A DNA stretch of 64,000 nucleotides from an uncultured Spirochaetia bacterium (GCA_964639895.1 CAZXEJ010000005.1:734-64733); one strand, 5' to 3'. Positions 1 to 12,143 are shown, counted from the stretch's first letter. Numbers and translations: made by a program. Notes: generated from the sequence alone by a model not told the origin.

Positions 1-866
1 TCGAAGAGGCCGCGGCCAAGCGGCAGGCGCGCATCGATGCCGGCAAGGACGTCATCGTGGGCGTGAACGCATACCGCGTCGAGAGCGAAGACGAGATAGA
101 GATACTGGAAGTGGACAATACGGCCGTCCGCGAGGCCCAGATAGCGCGGCTTCGCAAGCTCAAGGCCGAGCGCGACGACAGGGCCGTGCGCGAGGCCCTG
201 GACGCCATAACGCGGTGTGCCGAGACGGGTGAGGGCAACCTCCTCGAGCTCGCCGTCGAGGCCGCCCGCAGGCGTGCCACGCTGGGCGAGATATCCTACG
301 CCTGCGAAAAAGTGTTCGGGAGGTACGAAGCCGTGACCAGGACCATATCCGGCGTCTACTCCTCCGAGATAAAGGGCGACGAGTGGTTCGAGCGCGCGCG
401 CCGCCTGGCCGACGAGTTCGCCCGCCTCGAGGGACGGAGACCGCGCATAATGGTGGCCAAGATGGGCCAGGACGGCCACGACCGCGGGGCCAAGGTCATA
501 GCGACGAGCTTCGCAGACATGGGTTTCGACGTCGACATAGGTCCCCTGTTCCAGACCCCCGAGGAGGTGGCGCTCCAGGCCGTGGAGAACGACGTCCACG
601 TGCTTGGTGTATCGAGCCTCGCAGGCGGCCACAAGACGCTGGTCCCACAGGTGATCGAGGAGCTCCGCAAGCTCGGGCGCGGCGACATACTCGTAGTCGT
701 GGGGGGGGTGATCCCGCCCCACGACTACGACTTCCTGCGCGAGGCCGGCGTGGCGGCCGTATTCGGTCCCGGGACGGTGATCTCGAAAGCCGCGATCGAG
801 GTGCTGGAACAACTGATGGCCCGCCACGGGACCACCACCCGGCAAGGCGGCGGACAGAAGCAGTGA
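1..866 (+). CDS. methylmalonyl-CoA mutase, C-terminal part including the B12-binding domain (5' end lies outside the window)
   Basis: The frame is open from the window edge ([25 protein letters not shown]). Cobalamin-domain motifs are [28 protein letters not shown] and GVSSLAGGH. meaB follows directly. Confidence 0.9.
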   Translation, partial: EEAAAKRQARIDAGKDVIVGVNAYRVESEDEIEILEVDNTAVREAQIARLRKLKAERDDRAVREALDAITRCAETGEGNLLELAVEAARRRATLGEISYACEKVFGRYEAVTRTISGVYSSEIKGDEWFERARRLADEFARLEGRRPRIMVAKMGQDGHDRGAKVIATSFADMGFDVDIGPLFQTPEEVALQAVENDVHVLGVSSLAGGHKTLVPQVIEELRKLGRGDILVVVGGVIPPHDYDFLREAGVAAVFGPGTVISKAAIEVLEQLMARHGTTTRQGGGQKQ

Positions 867-1933
867 CGGAGAGCAGCAGAAACGACCGCACCACCACGAG
901 GGTCTCCTGCCGCGGTGAAGGCACGGCGGGGCCGGGCGAACCCCTTACGGCCGAGCGCTACGTCGAAGAGATCCGGCGCGGCAACCGTGTCGTGCTGGGA
1001 CAGGCCATAACACTCATCGAGAGCACCCGCCCCGAACACACGGAGCTGGCGCTCCAGATAATCGAGCGCTGCATGCCGTATACGGGCCGCTCCCTACGGA
1101 TCGGGGTCACGGGGGCGCCCGGTGTGGGCAAGAGCACGTTCATCGACGCCTTCGGCACCTATCTCACCCGGGACGTGGGACGCAGGGTGGCCGTGCTCAC
1201 CGTCGATCCCACGAGCCAGCGCACGGGGGGAAGCATCCTCGGAGACAAGACGCGCATGCAGCGCCTCTCGACGGACCCCATGGCCTTCATTCGCCCATCG
1301 CCGTCCGGAGGGTCGCTGGGCGGCGTTGCGCGCAAGACGCGCGAGACCGTGCTGCTTTGCGAAGCGGCCGGTTACGACACGATCATCGTCGAGACCGTGG
1401 GCGTAGGCCAGAGCGAATCCACCGTACGCTCGCTGGTCGATTTCTTCCTCCTCCTCGTCTTGGCCGGTGCTGGCGACGAGTTGCAGGGTATAAAACGGGG
1501 TGTCATGGAGCTCGCCGACGCCATCGCCATCACGAAGGCAGACGGTCCCAACAAGCCCCGGGCCGAACAGGCGCGCAGGATTTACGCGAACGCCCTCTCG
1601 CTCTTCCCGCCCACGGAATCCGGCTGGAAGCCGACCGTGTTGACCTGCTCGGCCGTAACGGGGGACGGAATCGAGGAGATATGGAGCACCGTGCTGCGGT
1701 ACCACGAGCACGTGAGCCGGAGCAGTCACCTAGAGAAGATGAGGAAGGACCAGCGCACGAGCTGGCTGCGCGAGACCATCGAAGCCGAGCTGACCGAGAG
1801 CTTCTACGGCGACCCTGAGATAAGGCGTGAGCTCGCGGTGGTGGAACGCAAGGTGAGAGAGGGAAGGTTGAGCCCCTTCAGCGGCGCCAGGGAGCTGCTC
1901 GAGCTATACTGGAGCCGAAAGGGTCGCCGCTGA
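863..1933 (+). CDS. meaB: methylmalonyl-CoA mutase-associated GTPase MeaB/ArgK
   Basis: GTG at 863 overlaps the upstream stop (GTGA). Motifs are P-loop [27 protein letters not shown] and ITKADG. The part of the track ORF upstream of 863 is an R/P-rich alternative frame of the mutase gene. Confidence 0.9.
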   Translation: MTESSRNDRTTTRVSCRGEGTAGPGEPLTAERYVEEIRRGNRVVLGQAITLIESTRPEHTELALQIIERCMPYTGRSLRIGVTGAPGVGKSTFIDAFGTYLTRDVGRRVAVLTVDPTSQRTGGSILGDKTRMQRLSTDPMAFIRPSPSGGSLGGVARKTRETVLLCEAAGYDTIIVETVGVGQSESTVRSLVDFFLLLVLAGAGDELQGIKRGVMELADAIAITKADGPNKPRAEQARRIYANALSLFPPTESGWKPTVLTCSAVTGDGIEEIWSTVLRYHEHVSRSSHLEKMRKDQRTSWLRETIEAELTESFYGDPEIRRELAVVERKVREGRLSPFSGARELLELYWSRKGRR

Positions 1934-2053
1934 GGCGACATTCCGCGTCGTACGGTCCCCCCGGTCGGAACCCTTGCCATCCCCACCACACACTCCACAC
2001 CCAACCCGCATGCCCCGTCCCCCCATCCAAGCCGGGTACGTCGCGCTGCAACC

Positions 2054-2620
2054 CTACTCGTAGCCCCTCTTCTTTATGGCCTCCTTTATGACCTTCTCCT
2101 TCTCGCCCAGCGACTCGGCGGCCTTCTCCAACCGCTCCTTGGGACGCTCGGGCACCAACCGCTCTATGGCGCCGAAGGCACGCTCGACGTAGGGATACAG
2201 CACGGAGCTCCTCAACTGGATGCGAACCTCGAGCGAGAACGTGGTAAGGAGCCACACCACCCCTACAGAGACCACAATCCCCGTCACAGCCCCCACAAGG
2301 CCGCCCGCCAACCTGTCCAGCCAACCCAGGGAAAGGGCCCTGACGAACATTCCCAGGAAACGGCCGACGAACACGAACACCACGTAGACGACGAACACGA
2401 TGACGATGAAGCTACCCACGCTTGCCACGGCCGGAGCCGACACCACGCCGCGCTCCATCAAGTAAGCGCCCAACACGTCATAGAATGCCAGCGCACTGAG
2501 GACGGCTGCGCCCAGGCCCACCACCGCGACTGCCCTGCGCACGAAACCGGCGAACAGGCCCACCACAGTGGATATGGCCACTACGGCGAGGATCATAAAG
2601 TCGATCCAATTGAGCTCCAT
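2054..2620 (-). CDS. cvpA: CvpA-family membrane protein
   Basis: ATG at 2620 is preceded by AGGAGG. The protein has several TM helices and the N-terminus MELNWIDFMILAVVAISTVVGLFAGFVR, typical of CvpA. Confidence 0.75.
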   Translation of the reverse strand: MELNWIDFMILAVVAISTVVGLFAGFVRRAVAVVGLGAAVLSALAFYDVLGAYLMERGVVSAPAVASVGSFIVIVFVVYVVFVFVGRFLGMFVRALSLGWLDRLAGGLVGAVTGIVVSVGVVWLLTTFSLEVRIQLRSSVLYPYVERAFGAIERLVPERPKERLEKAAESLGEKEKVIKEAIKKRGYE

Positions 2621-2668
2621 GGTTTCCTCCTTCCCCCCGGACGGCGGGGGAACAGTACGGCTACGGCG

Positions 2669-5600
2669 CTAGTTGTATATGATGTCGAAGGTCGAGCCGC
2701 TCTCAAAATCCTTTCTCACCTCGATGCGGACGGGGAATTTGTCCTTGAGCTCCTCGACGTGGGTGATGACGAGGATCTTGTCGAACTCGTCCTTTACGGA
2801 ATCTATGACCCTTACGAACTGAGCCAGGCCGTCCCGGTCCTGCGAGCCGAACCCCTCGTCGACGATCAGCGTGCGCAGCTCGCCGCCCGATCGCCTGGCA
2901 ATGAACTTGGAGATGGCGACGCGGAGGGCGAAATCGATGCGGAACGCCTCGCCGCCGGAGAAGGTCTCGTAGCTGCGCGTGCCGAGCGGATCGGCTATCT
3001 TTATCTGCAGCGTCTCTCTCTCCCCTCCCTTCTGCGTGGGGACGACGAGGTCGAGCTTGAGGGTCATCGTACCCTCGCTGAGCCGCCTCAGGAGCTCGTT
3101 GGCCTCCTGTTCGATCTCGGGCACCGCGTGCTCGATAATGTGGGACTGGATTCCGTTGCGGCCGAAGGCGGCATGGAGGGTCTTGTATATAGCGGCGGCC
3201 CTGGCCAGAGACTCTCTCTCACGCTCGAGGGCTTCTTTCCTGCACGCCATCTCCTCTATCCTGGCGAGCTCCCCCTCGAGCGCGGATAGGCGCTGCAGCA
3301 CTTCGTCCCGCGCGGCCCGCGCCGACTGCAACGACGCTTCCAGCACCTGCCGCTTTCCCTCGGCCTCGTCCAGCCCGGCCGTCTCCCGAGCCAGAGCGTC
3401 CCTCTCTACCGAGAGCCGTTCCCGCTGGGCCTCGAGCCCCTTGAGGCGGCGCCGTAGTTCCTCACGCTCGGCCTCCAGGCGTCCGAGAGCCGCTCTGGCA
3501 CGCTCGAGTTCCTCTTTCTTCGCCTCAAGGTGCTCGAGAGAGTGCACCTTTTCCTTGAGCCTCCGGTGGCGGGCCTCGTCGTAGCCCACGGCCTCTATGC
3601 GGGAGGCCAGCTCGCGCTCACGCTCCAAGAGCCGCGGGGCGTAGCGGCCGCTCTCGAGCTCCTCGCGCAACGCCTCCCGTTGGGCGGCGACCCGCCGCAG
3701 CTCCTCACGGCAGGAACGGGCCTCGTCCTTCGCCCTCTCGACCTCCTGCATCAAACGCTCATAGCGCTCGAGCTCTTCGACTCGACGCTCCAGAGTCTCG
3801 TGCAGCTCGGGGTCGTAGGCGATCTCTTCGAGCTCCTGCTTGAGCCGACCCAGCTGGTCGCGGTACTGTGCGCCGTAGGTGCCTTCTTCAAGCGTCTTCT
3901 CGAGCGCTACGAGCTCTTCGGCCATGGCATCGAGCTCCCGGCGGGCCCGCTGTCCATCTTCCACCACTTCACGCTTCCTACCCAAGGAGGCCGAAACCTC
4001 GTCCATACCGGCCACCTCAAGCTCAAGCTCCTCTATGACCGAGAGCGCCTCCCTTTCCCTCCGCTCCAGCACCCCGAGCCTGCGCCGCAGCTCTTCACGC
4101 TCGGCCTCTAGCCCGCGCAACGACGCCTCGAGCTTCTCCACAAGGGCCTCCTTTGCCTCGATGCCGAGCTGCGACTCGCACAGCGGACACCGCGGCTCTT
4201 CGAGTTCCTCCTTGAGCAGTTTGATCTTGCCCTCCTCCTCGTCCACGCGCGCCGACAGCTCTTCCATCCTCTCAGCCGCAGCCCTCATCTCGGCACGTAC
4301 CTCGGCAAGCTCGTCGCGGAGCGCTTCGAGTCTCTTCCTGCAGGCTTCGAGCGATTGGAGACGCGCCGCAAGGGAGTCGAGTTCGCGTGCGGCTTCCTCC
4401 CCCCGCGATATACGGCGTCGGGCCTCGTCCATCCTCTCCTTGAGCCCTTCCACCCTCGCCTCCACCTCCCTGCGTGCCGCATCCAGCCTGCTTTCCACCT
4501 CGGCCATACGGGCCGCCACCTCGGCCCGACGCCGCCCGCGCCGCTCCATCTCCTCGAGCTCGGCACGGGCCGCCGCCAACCGTTCCCAGCCCCCGCGCAC
4601 ATCCTGCTCACGTGCGATGCTCTCTTCCAGCTCACCGATCCTTCTCTCAAGTTCGCCGCTCGTACCCTCGAGCCTTGCAAGCATCCCCTCAATACGTTTT
4701 CTCTCCTCGCCGAGCTCGAGTCTCACCTCATGCAGCTCCCTTGCAAGGGCCGTGTACAGCTCGAGCTTCTCGGCCTCCCGGCGCTCTTCGGCGCGGGCGC
4801 GGACCAGGTCGGCGTAGCCCCCCTCTATATCGGCCGCACTGTCCACCACGGCCCGACACTCCTTGAGCTCACCCTCAATGCGGCGCAGCCGCTCGACGAC
4901 TTCTTCCGATTCGGCCTCCACGGTCTCCAACTCCGACTTCGTCTGCTCGTAGCGCCTCTTCTTCTCCCCAAGGGCGGCGATTCGTTCGACCACCTCCCTC
5001 AATTCTCCCTCCCTGCGCTCCACCTCTCGGCTCCTCTCCTCCAGCTCCCGCCTGCAGCCGGCGATCGAGTCCTCTACATCCTTCCTCCTTCCCACCTCGT
5101 CTTCGAGCACGCCCAACTCCCGGTCGACGGCATCCACCTTCGCCCGGCACACCTGCCACTCGTCCTTGGCCCTCCGCGCCAGGGTCTCGTAGCGGTCAAG
5201 GTTGAGGAACCTTCCCAGTATGGCCTTCCTTTCGGCGGGACTTCGCTTGAGGAACTCGTCGGCCCTGCCCTGGAGGATGAACGACGCGCAGAGGAACGAG
5301 TCGTAGTCCATGCGCAGCAGCTCGCGCTCGATGGTGCTCTGCGCCTTCCTCCCTTCGGCGAGCACGACGAAATCGCCCCGCTCGGCGTCCAGCACCTGGA
5401 GCGACAGCGCCCCAGCGGTACCGCCCCCCTTCTCGCGGGTCACCGTCCTCACCACCCTGTAGACGGTGCCGTCGACGTCGAACTCGTACTCGACGAACGC
5501 CTCCCTGGAGCCGTATCTTATGACGTCGGCGCGGTTGGAGACACGGCACCGACCCCAAAGTGCCCAGACGATGGCGTCGAGAAGCGCAGACTTGCCGTGA

Positions 5601-5707
5601 CCGTTCTTCCCCGAGAGGCAAGCAAGGCTGAAGCGGGTGAAGTCGAGCGTCGGGGCGCTCTCACCGTAGCTGAGGAAATTGCGGAGGGCGAGTCTTATGG
5701 GAACCAT
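2669..5707 (-). CDS. sbcC: SbcC/Rad50-family double-strand-break repair ATPase
   Basis: Walker A is GKNGHGKSALLDAI. A long E/R/L-rich coiled coil carries a central CPLC zinc hook. The C-terminus has the signature SGGEAFRIDFAL and Walker B LIVDEGFGSQD. Confidence 0.9.
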   Translation of the reverse strand: MVPIRLALRNFLSYGESAPTLDFTRFSLACLSGKNGHGKSALLDAIVWALWGRCRVSNRADVIRYGSREAFVEYEFDVDGTVYRVVRTVTREKGGGTAGALSLQVLDAERGDFVVLAEGRKAQSTIERELLRMDYDSFLCASFILQGRADEFLKRSPAERKAILGRFLNLDRYETLARRAKDEWQVCRAKVDAVDRELGVLEDEVGRRKDVEDSIAGCRRELEERSREVERREGELREVVERIAALGEKKRRYEQTKSELETVEAESEEVVERLRRIEGELKECRAVVDSAADIEGGYADLVRARAEERREAEKLELYTALARELHEVRLELGEERKRIEGMLARLEGTSGELERRIGELEESIAREQDVRGGWERLAAARAELEEMERRGRRRAEVAARMAEVESRLDAARREVEARVEGLKERMDEARRRISRGEEAARELDSLAARLQSLEACRKRLEALRDELAEVRAEMRAAAERMEELSARVDEEEGKIKLLKEELEEPRCPLCESQLGIEAKEALVEKLEASLRGLEAEREELRRRLGVLERREREALSVIEELELEVAGMDEVSASLGRKREVVEDGQRARRELDAMAEELVALEKTLEEGTYGAQYRDQLGRLKQELEEIAYDPELHETLERRVEELERYERLMQEVERAKDEARSCREELRRVAAQREALREELESGRYAPRLLERERELASRIEAVGYDEARHRRLKEKVHSLEHLEAKKEELERARAALGRLEAEREELRRRLKGLEAQRERLSVERDALARETAGLDEAEGKRQVLEASLQSARAARDEVLQRLSALEGELARIEEMACRKEALERERESLARAAAIYKTLHAAFGRNGIQSHIIEHAVPEIEQEANELLRRLSEGTMTLKLDLVVPTQKGGERETLQIKIADPLGTRSYETFSGGEAFRIDFALRVAISKFIARRSGGELRTLIVDEGFGSQDRDGLAQFVRVIDSVKDEFDKILVITHVEELKDKFPVRIEVRKDFESGSTFDIIYN

Positions 5708-6309
5708 GGCGCGGGGTAAGACGTACGACTACTTAAAAGATACTTGAGAGGAGACTTTTTTGCAGCCCCCACTCTGCGGCCGGCACGCCGAGGAGGAGCT
5801 GCGGCACTCACATCACGCACGTTCTGGGGCCAGGCACCCCGGTTTGGGCCGCCCACGCAGAAGAAGCCCTCCCCGTAGACCTGCCGGTAATCGGCACGGG
5901 TCGATTCCGCCCATCCGCCAGCCGTCGGCGCCCCCTTGAGGTCTCCACCGCAGCCGCACGCACACGAGAACACCCCCCGCAACGGTTGTGGGTATGAAGT
6001 CCCTATGCACCAACGGAGCGGTTGCTACCGGTCGATTTCCCGCGACCATGCGAGCCGGGAGCGCCCCTCTCCGTATCAGTCCCTTTGGCCCTTCCGCCCC
6101 AAAGTCCAAACCCGGATGTGGCGGTCCGTGGAGGGGGCGGCCTTCGGGGAAGGTCGGATAACGCTACCGCCTCGTGGCCGGGGTGGTTCGGTGTACCTTC
6201 TCCGGGGGGCCATCTCCAGCCGGGGAGGAAGGGACGGCTCATCCCGTACTTCCAAGGGCGTCTACCGTCTCCCCAGACCCTTTGTGCATACCGCATGTGC
6301 ATTTTGACT

Positions 6310-7320
6310 ATGAATCGCCGCTCAGATAACTTTAATGCGATGGACCTCTCAGAAATTCTCTCCCCCCTGGCCGGGGATCTCGAAGAAGTGGAGAACGAGA
6401 TAGAGATCAACATCCGGTCCGAGATCCCCCTCGTATACGAGATCTCCCAATACCTTCTTGACAGCGGCGGCAAGAGGATACGTCCCTGCGTGGTACTGCT
6501 TTCGAGCGGGGCGCTCGGACTCGCGGAGGGACGCGAGCGCATACGGGCGGCTGCGGCGCTGGAGCTCATACACACGGCAAGCCTCCTTCACGACGACGTC
6601 GTCGACGAGGCGGAACTGAGGCGCGGCGTAAGGTCGGCCAACGTCGTCTGGGGCAACCACGCCAGCGTGCTGGTGGGAGATTTTCTCTTGGCCAGGGCCC
6701 TCAACCTGATGAACAGCTGCGGCGACGTGGGTGTGATAGACTCCATCACGCGGGCCGCGGGCAAGCTGGCCGAGGGGCAGGTGCTCGAGGCCATGAGTTC
6801 GAAGAAGCTGCTCGCCAGCACGGAGGAGATGTGCCTCAAGATAATCGAATACAAGACGGCTTCGCTCCTTGAGAGCTGCGGCGAAGTAGGAGCCATCCTG
6901 GCCGATGCGTCGCCCCGCGAGCGTGAAGCCGTCACGGCCTATTCGCGCAATGTCGGATTCGCCTTCCAGATCATCGACGATGCTCTTGACTACGCCGCCG
7001 ACGAGACCGAGTTCGGCAAGCGACTCGGCCAGGACATACGCGAGGGCAAGATGACGCTGCCCCTTCTCTACTCCATGGAACGGGCGACCGAGGAGGAGCG
7101 GAGACGGGTCATGGATATAATGAACAACGGCCAGCTCGACGAGGAGCAGACCCGCGAGGTGCTCGAGATGGTTAGGAACTACGGGGGTACGGAGAGGTGT
7201 GCCGAGGTGGCCGAGCGTTACGTCGAAGCAGCTAAGAGCTCGCTCGAGGCTATAGGGGACAGTCCGTTCAAGGACTCACTGCTCGAGCTCGCGGACTTCA
7301 TCGTTCGAAGGACGAGGTAG
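6310..7320 (+). CDS. trans-polyprenyl diphosphate synthase (IspB-like; chain length not deducible)
   Basis: Start is ATG 6310; the track start at 6022 adds an R/P/G-rich extension. Both aspartate-rich motifs are present: LLHDDVVDE and FQIIDDALD. Confidence 0.85.
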   Translation: MNRRSDNFNAMDLSEILSPLAGDLEEVENEIEINIRSEIPLVYEISQYLLDSGGKRIRPCVVLLSSGALGLAEGRERIRAAAALELIHTASLLHDDVVDEAELRRGVRSANVVWGNHASVLVGDFLLARALNLMNSCGDVGVIDSITRAAGKLAEGQVLEAMSSKKLLASTEEMCLKIIEYKTASLLESCGEVGAILADASPREREAVTAYSRNVGFAFQIIDDALDYAADETEFGKRLGQDIREGKMTLPLLYSMERATEEERRRVMDIMNNGQLDEEQTREVLEMVRNYGGTERCAEVAERYVEAAKSSLEAIGDSPFKDSLLELADFIVRRTR

Positions 7321-7361
7321 CCCATCCCGTCGGAGGTCGAGGGCTTCCGGCTCTCGGCAAC

Positions 7362-7829
7362 CTATTCGAACACCTTTATCATCACTATGGCGTCCTCGCC
7401 GTTGTCCGTGTAATAGTTGTGCCTCACGCCGACGCGCGAGAAGCCCAACCTCTCGTAAAGCCTTTGGGCGGCCTCGTTCGATTCCCTCACCTCCAGCAGC
7501 GCGTGCCTTGCTCCCCTCTCGACGTGGTAGGAGAAACAGTGCTCGAGAAGCGCCCGCCCCAGCCCCATGCGCCTGAACTGCGGATGGACGGCCACGTTGA
7601 GGATGTGGACCTCGTCATAGACCCTCCAAGTCACTATGTAGCCGCAATGGACGCCGTCGATCTTGGCGACGAAGTTGTGCGAGCGCGCCGACCGCACCTC
7701 CATCTCGAACACCCCGCGCGGCCACGGCGTGGGAAAGCACTTGCGCTCAATGGACATGACCTCGTCAAGATCGTCGAGCTCCATCTCGGATATCTCTATC
7801 CGTGAAGACAGATCCACTTTGACAGCCAT
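7362..7829 (-). CDS. rimI: ribosomal-protein-alanine N-acetyltransferase (GNAT)
   Basis: 155 aa. The GNAT acetyl-CoA site is LNVAVHPQFRRMGLGRALL. Size and layout are typical of RimI. Confidence 0.75.
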   Translation of the reverse strand: MAVKVDLSSRIEISEMELDDLDEVMSIERKCFPTPWPRGVFEMEVRSARSHNFVAKIDGVHCGYIVTWRVYDEVHILNVAVHPQFRRMGLGRALLEHCFSYHVERGARHALLEVRESNEAAQRLYERLGFSRVGVRHNYYTDNGEDAIVMIKVFE

Positions 7830-8110
7830 CTCAACCTACCGCCGTCACGGCCTCATCGCGCTCAACGAGCGTCCCAGGAGGAAGGCCCCCCGTACCGCCC
7901 GCTTTCCCCGGCAACGGGTGGCAACGCCTTCCCGCCACCGAGGACGCCCGCCGCGTACTTAAGAATAATAGGTCCAAAAATAAGATTGTACCAGCCGGAA
8001 ACGGCTTCTCACCCCCACCTTAATAAGAATTCACCCCACCGTAGGGGGCTACTGCGGCCGCACCCGACCCGCCTAGGCCAGCGCCCAGCGTGATCGCGGC
8101 CTCAGCGGGC

Positions 8111-8140
8111 TTGAGTTTACAAGAAAATCAGGGATATTAA
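8111..8140 (+). promoter_or_regulatory. sigma70-type promoter of fbp; its position implies a leaderless mRNA
   Basis: TTGAGT (8111-8116), a 17-nt spacer, ATATTA (8134-8139), then 7 nt to ATG 8147. There is no Shine-Dalgarno sequence in between. Confidence 0.45.
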
Positions 8141-8146
8141 TTCATT

Positions 8147-9157
8147 ATGCTCATGCAAGGCCCCATCGCTCTTCCCGAATTCATCATACAACGCCAGAAG
8201 GAGTTCTCGGGTTCGACGGGGGCGTTCTCGAGGATACTGCGTGACATCGGGCTTTCGGCCAAGATAATAAACCGCGTAGTCAACAAGGCGGGGCTGATCG
8301 AGATCCTCGGCTCCACGGACGAAACAAACGTGCACGGCGAAGAAGTACAGAAGCTCGACAAGTTCGCCAACGAAAAGCTGATAGCCGCTTTCTTCGCCGG
8401 AGGCCAGTGTTGCGCCGTCGCATCCGAGGAGAACGAGGACATCGTAACCATCCCCGGCGACGGCCACGGCGACAGGCGTTATGTGGTGGCCATCGACCCT
8501 CTGGACGGCTCCTCGAACATCGACGTCAACGTATCGGTCGGAACCATCTTCTCCATCCTCGCCCGAGAAGAGACCAACCAGCCGTGCAGGGCTGAGGACT
8601 TCCTCCAACCCGGCATCCGGCAGCTCGCTGCAGGATACATCGTCTACGGTTCTTCCACCATGCTGGTCTACACCACGGGACGCGGCGTCAACGGCTTCAC
8701 GCTTGACCCCTCGATCGGTGAGTTCATCCTCTCTCACCCCGACATGAAGATCCCCGAGAGCGGCAAGGTCTATTCGGTCAATATGGGCAACTACAACCGC
8801 TTCTCCGAGGGCGTAAGAAGATTCATCGACTACTGCCAGGAGGAGGACAAGGCCACGGGGCGCCCCTACTCGCTCAGATACGTGGGCTCCATGGTGGCCG
8901 ACGTCCACCGTACGCTCATAAGGGGCGGCATATTCATGTATCCCGCCACCCTGAACAGCCCACGCGGCAAGTTGCGCCTGCTCTATGAGGCAAACCCGAT
9001 GGCCTTCATCATCGAGCAGGCCGGAGGCATGGCCTCGGACGGAAAGCAGAGGATAATGGAGATCGAGCCCGAAGAGCTTCACCAGCGTGTACCCGTCTTC
9101 ATGGGCTCGAAGGCGCTGGTTGAGAAGGCCGAGGAGCTGATCGGCCGCTACGGTTGA
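8147..9157 (+). CDS. fbp: fructose-1,6-bisphosphatase class I
   Basis: Motifs are LPEFIIQRQKEF, the AIDPLDGSSNIDVN metal site and GKLRLLYEANPMAFIIEQAGG. Confidence 0.92.
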   Translation: MLMQGPIALPEFIIQRQKEFSGSTGAFSRILRDIGLSAKIINRVVNKAGLIEILGSTDETNVHGEEVQKLDKFANEKLIAAFFAGGQCCAVASEENEDIVTIPGDGHGDRRYVVAIDPLDGSSNIDVNVSVGTIFSILAREETNQPCRAEDFLQPGIRQLAAGYIVYGSSTMLVYTTGRGVNGFTLDPSIGEFILSHPDMKIPESGKVYSVNMGNYNRFSEGVRRFIDYCQEEDKATGRPYSLRYVGSMVADVHRTLIRGGIFMYPATLNSPRGKLRLLYEANPMAFIIEQAGGMASDGKQRIMEIEPEELHQRVPVFMGSKALVEKAEELIGRYG

Positions 9158-9862
9158 CGGCCGGGCCGTGGCGGCTGAAGGCGCGCGCCCCCCACCCGGG
9201 GAGGCGGCGAGTGCCGCATGTCTTGCGAGTCTTCCAATCGAGCGCGCCCCGCGTGAGCATCGGCCAGCGGTACAACACACGCGCCCGGCCCATCCACATC
9301 GCCTCAGCGGCGCACGGCCGGAGCCGCACGAATACGCCGGCCACCTTACCGGATACGGAGTAAACCCTCGCGCCAGAAAAACGCTCCCACGTCCCGATCA
9401 CACGTGGTCTCCCTCTTCCCGCCCATGGAGGGCTCCGCCCGCTCACCGGACTCGACGGCAACGCCTATCCCCGCGACCGTCTCCTTCCCCTCCACCGCAG
9501 CCCCCCTGAACAGCGCGCGGGACGGGACGCATAAGCCGCTCCACCCACTCGGCCGAGAATGGAAGCGGATATTCTCTCCACCCGCGGCAACACGCGTGTC
9601 AGGCCGCAGCATCGCACCGCCCACCGGAAGCGGCGGCATCCCTTGAACGGCGGGACCTGGAACACCCATCCTCTTTGCGGACGCCCATTCCCCTCTGCAC
9701 GCCTCGACGCGCTTAGCACTGCATCCGGCAAAAAGAACCCTTTCCCCGCCCGGCGAGGCGGAAGGCGGCTCTACCACTCGATCGAGATGTAAGAACCCGC
9801 ACCCCCAGCCTTGTGGGAGGCGACCACCGCTCACCTCACCCCCCCCTGCTACGAACAGGCCT

Positions 9863-10915
<1,053 letters not shown>

Positions 10916-10928
10916 CGTAACCCCCTCC

Positions 10929-12143
10929 TTACGCGTTCTTCCTACAGTTGAGAATCGATATGCCGGGGAGTTCCTGCCCGTCCAGAAACACCAGCAGCGC
11001 ACCGCCGCCGGTGGAGATGTGGGTTATCTCGGAGTCCAACACCTCAGCCTTGCGAAGGGCCGCGATCGTGTCGCCGCCCCCCACGACTGTCGTGGCCCCT
11101 CTCCACGTGGCAAGCGCTACGGCCCGGGCTATGTTGATCGTGCCGGCTGCGAAGTCGTCCAGTTCGAACACCCCCATGGGACCGTTCCAGAATATGGTGC
11201 CCTGTCCCTTGATGAGCGATGTATAGTAGGCGACCGTCTTGGGTCCTATGTCGAACCCCCTGAAGCCGGGGGGGATCTTCTCCCCGACGACGATCTTGAC
11301 GTCGCTCTTCGACCGATGCAGCCCCTCGGCCACCACGTGGTCCACCGGCAAACAGATCTTGTCGCCGAAGCGCTCCAGCGCCTCTCTGGCCCATTGGACG
11401 ACGTCGTCGTCCTCGGTGACGGAATCTCCGATGGGCACGCCCTTGGCCTTGAGGAAGGTGTAGGCCACGCCCCCTCCGATCAGCACCTTGTCGGCCTTCT
11501 CGAGCAGGCTTCTTACGGCGTTTATCTTGTCCTTTATCTTGACGCCTCCTACTATGACCAGATAGGGGTGTTCGGGGTTCTCCCGGAGCTTGGTCAGCGA
11601 GACCAGCTCGCGGTGCACGAGAAACCCTGCGAGCCGCTTGTCGAAGAACTTGGCCATCCCGTAGGTAGAGGCGTGTGAGCGGTGGGAGGTGCCGAAGGCG
11701 TCGTTGACGTATATGTCGGCCAGCTTGCCCAGCTCCCTGCAGAAAGCGGGATCGTTGGCCCGTTCCTCCTTGTGGAACCGCAGGTTCTCAAGGAGCAGCA
11801 CCTCGCCCTCGTCCATCTCGTCTATGCACCGTTTGACCTCGTCGCAGATCGACTTGCCTACGAACCGCACCCTGGCACCGAGCAGCTCCGACAGCCTGTC
11901 GGCCACCGGCCGCAGCGAAAGCTCCGGCACCACCCGCCCTCCCGGCCTTCCGAGATGGGATCCCAGCACAACCTTCGCGCCGCGCGCTATGAGGTAGTCG
12001 ATCGTCGGTATGGTCCTTCTTATTCTGTAGTCTTCGCTTATCCGGCCGTCCTTGATGGGAACGTTGAAGTCGACCCGCACGAACACACGTTTGCCCCTGT
12101 ATTCGGAGTCAGGCAGGTCGGAGACCACAAGCTTGTCTCTCAT
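10929..12143 (-). CDS. pgk: phosphoglycerate kinase
   Basis: Motifs are [21 protein letters not shown] and the C-terminal ISTGGGA. Confidence 0.95.
   Translation of the reverse strand: MRDKLVVSDLPDSEYRGKRVFVRVDFNVPIKDGRISEDYRIRRTIPTIDYLIARGAKVVLGSHLGRPGGRVVPELSLRPVADRLSELLGARVRFVGKSICDEVKRCIDEMDEGEVLLLENLRFHKEERANDPAFCRELGKLADIYVNDAFGTSHRSHASTYGMAKFFDKRLAGFLVHRELVSLTKLRENPEHPYLVIVGGVKIKDKINAVRSLLEKADKVLIGGGVAYTFLKAKGVPIGDSVTEDDDVVQWAREALERFGDKICLPVDHVVAEGLHRSKSDVKIVVGEKIPPGFRGFDIGPKTVAYYTSLIKGQGTIFWNGPMGVFELDDFAAGTINIARAVALATWRGATTVVGGGDTIAALRKAEVLDSEITHISTGGGALLVFLDGQELPGISILNCRKNA

Noticed and set aside
383-862. The long ORF 383..1933 suggests a 516-aa protein.
   Set aside because: The first 160 codons are an R/P/G-rich alternative frame of the mutase gene. 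The MeaB homology begins after GTG 863, which overlaps the mutase stop.
4355-5719. A 454-aa plus-strand ORF inside sbcC. The same applies to 2979..3584, 3530..4111 and 3879..4817.
   Set aside because: It is antisense to a well-supported gene. Its composition is low-complexity L/P/R/S-rich, as expected from stop-poor antisense frames in GC-rich DNA.
5898-5920. GGGTCGATTCCGCCCATCCGCCA looked like a tRNA 3' end (T-loop plus acceptor plus CCA).
   Set aside because: The presumed T-stem strands (GGCAC/TTCCG) are not complementary. No matching 5' acceptor strand was found upstream.
5708-6309. A possible decayed sbcD upstream of sbcC.
   Set aside because: No frame on the minus strand shows Mre11/SbcD phosphoesterase motifs (DxH, GDxxD, GNHD). 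The longest ORFs are R/G/P-rich junk. Only a blastx search could settle it.
6022-6309. The N-terminal 96 codons of ORF 6022..7320.
   Set aside because: This stretch is P/G/R-rich and unlike polyprenyl synthases. The homology begins near ATG 6310 (or 6340).
8117-9280. A 387-aa minus-strand ORF covering fbp.
   Set aside because: It is antisense to a clearly recognisable class I FBPase and contains no motifs of its own.
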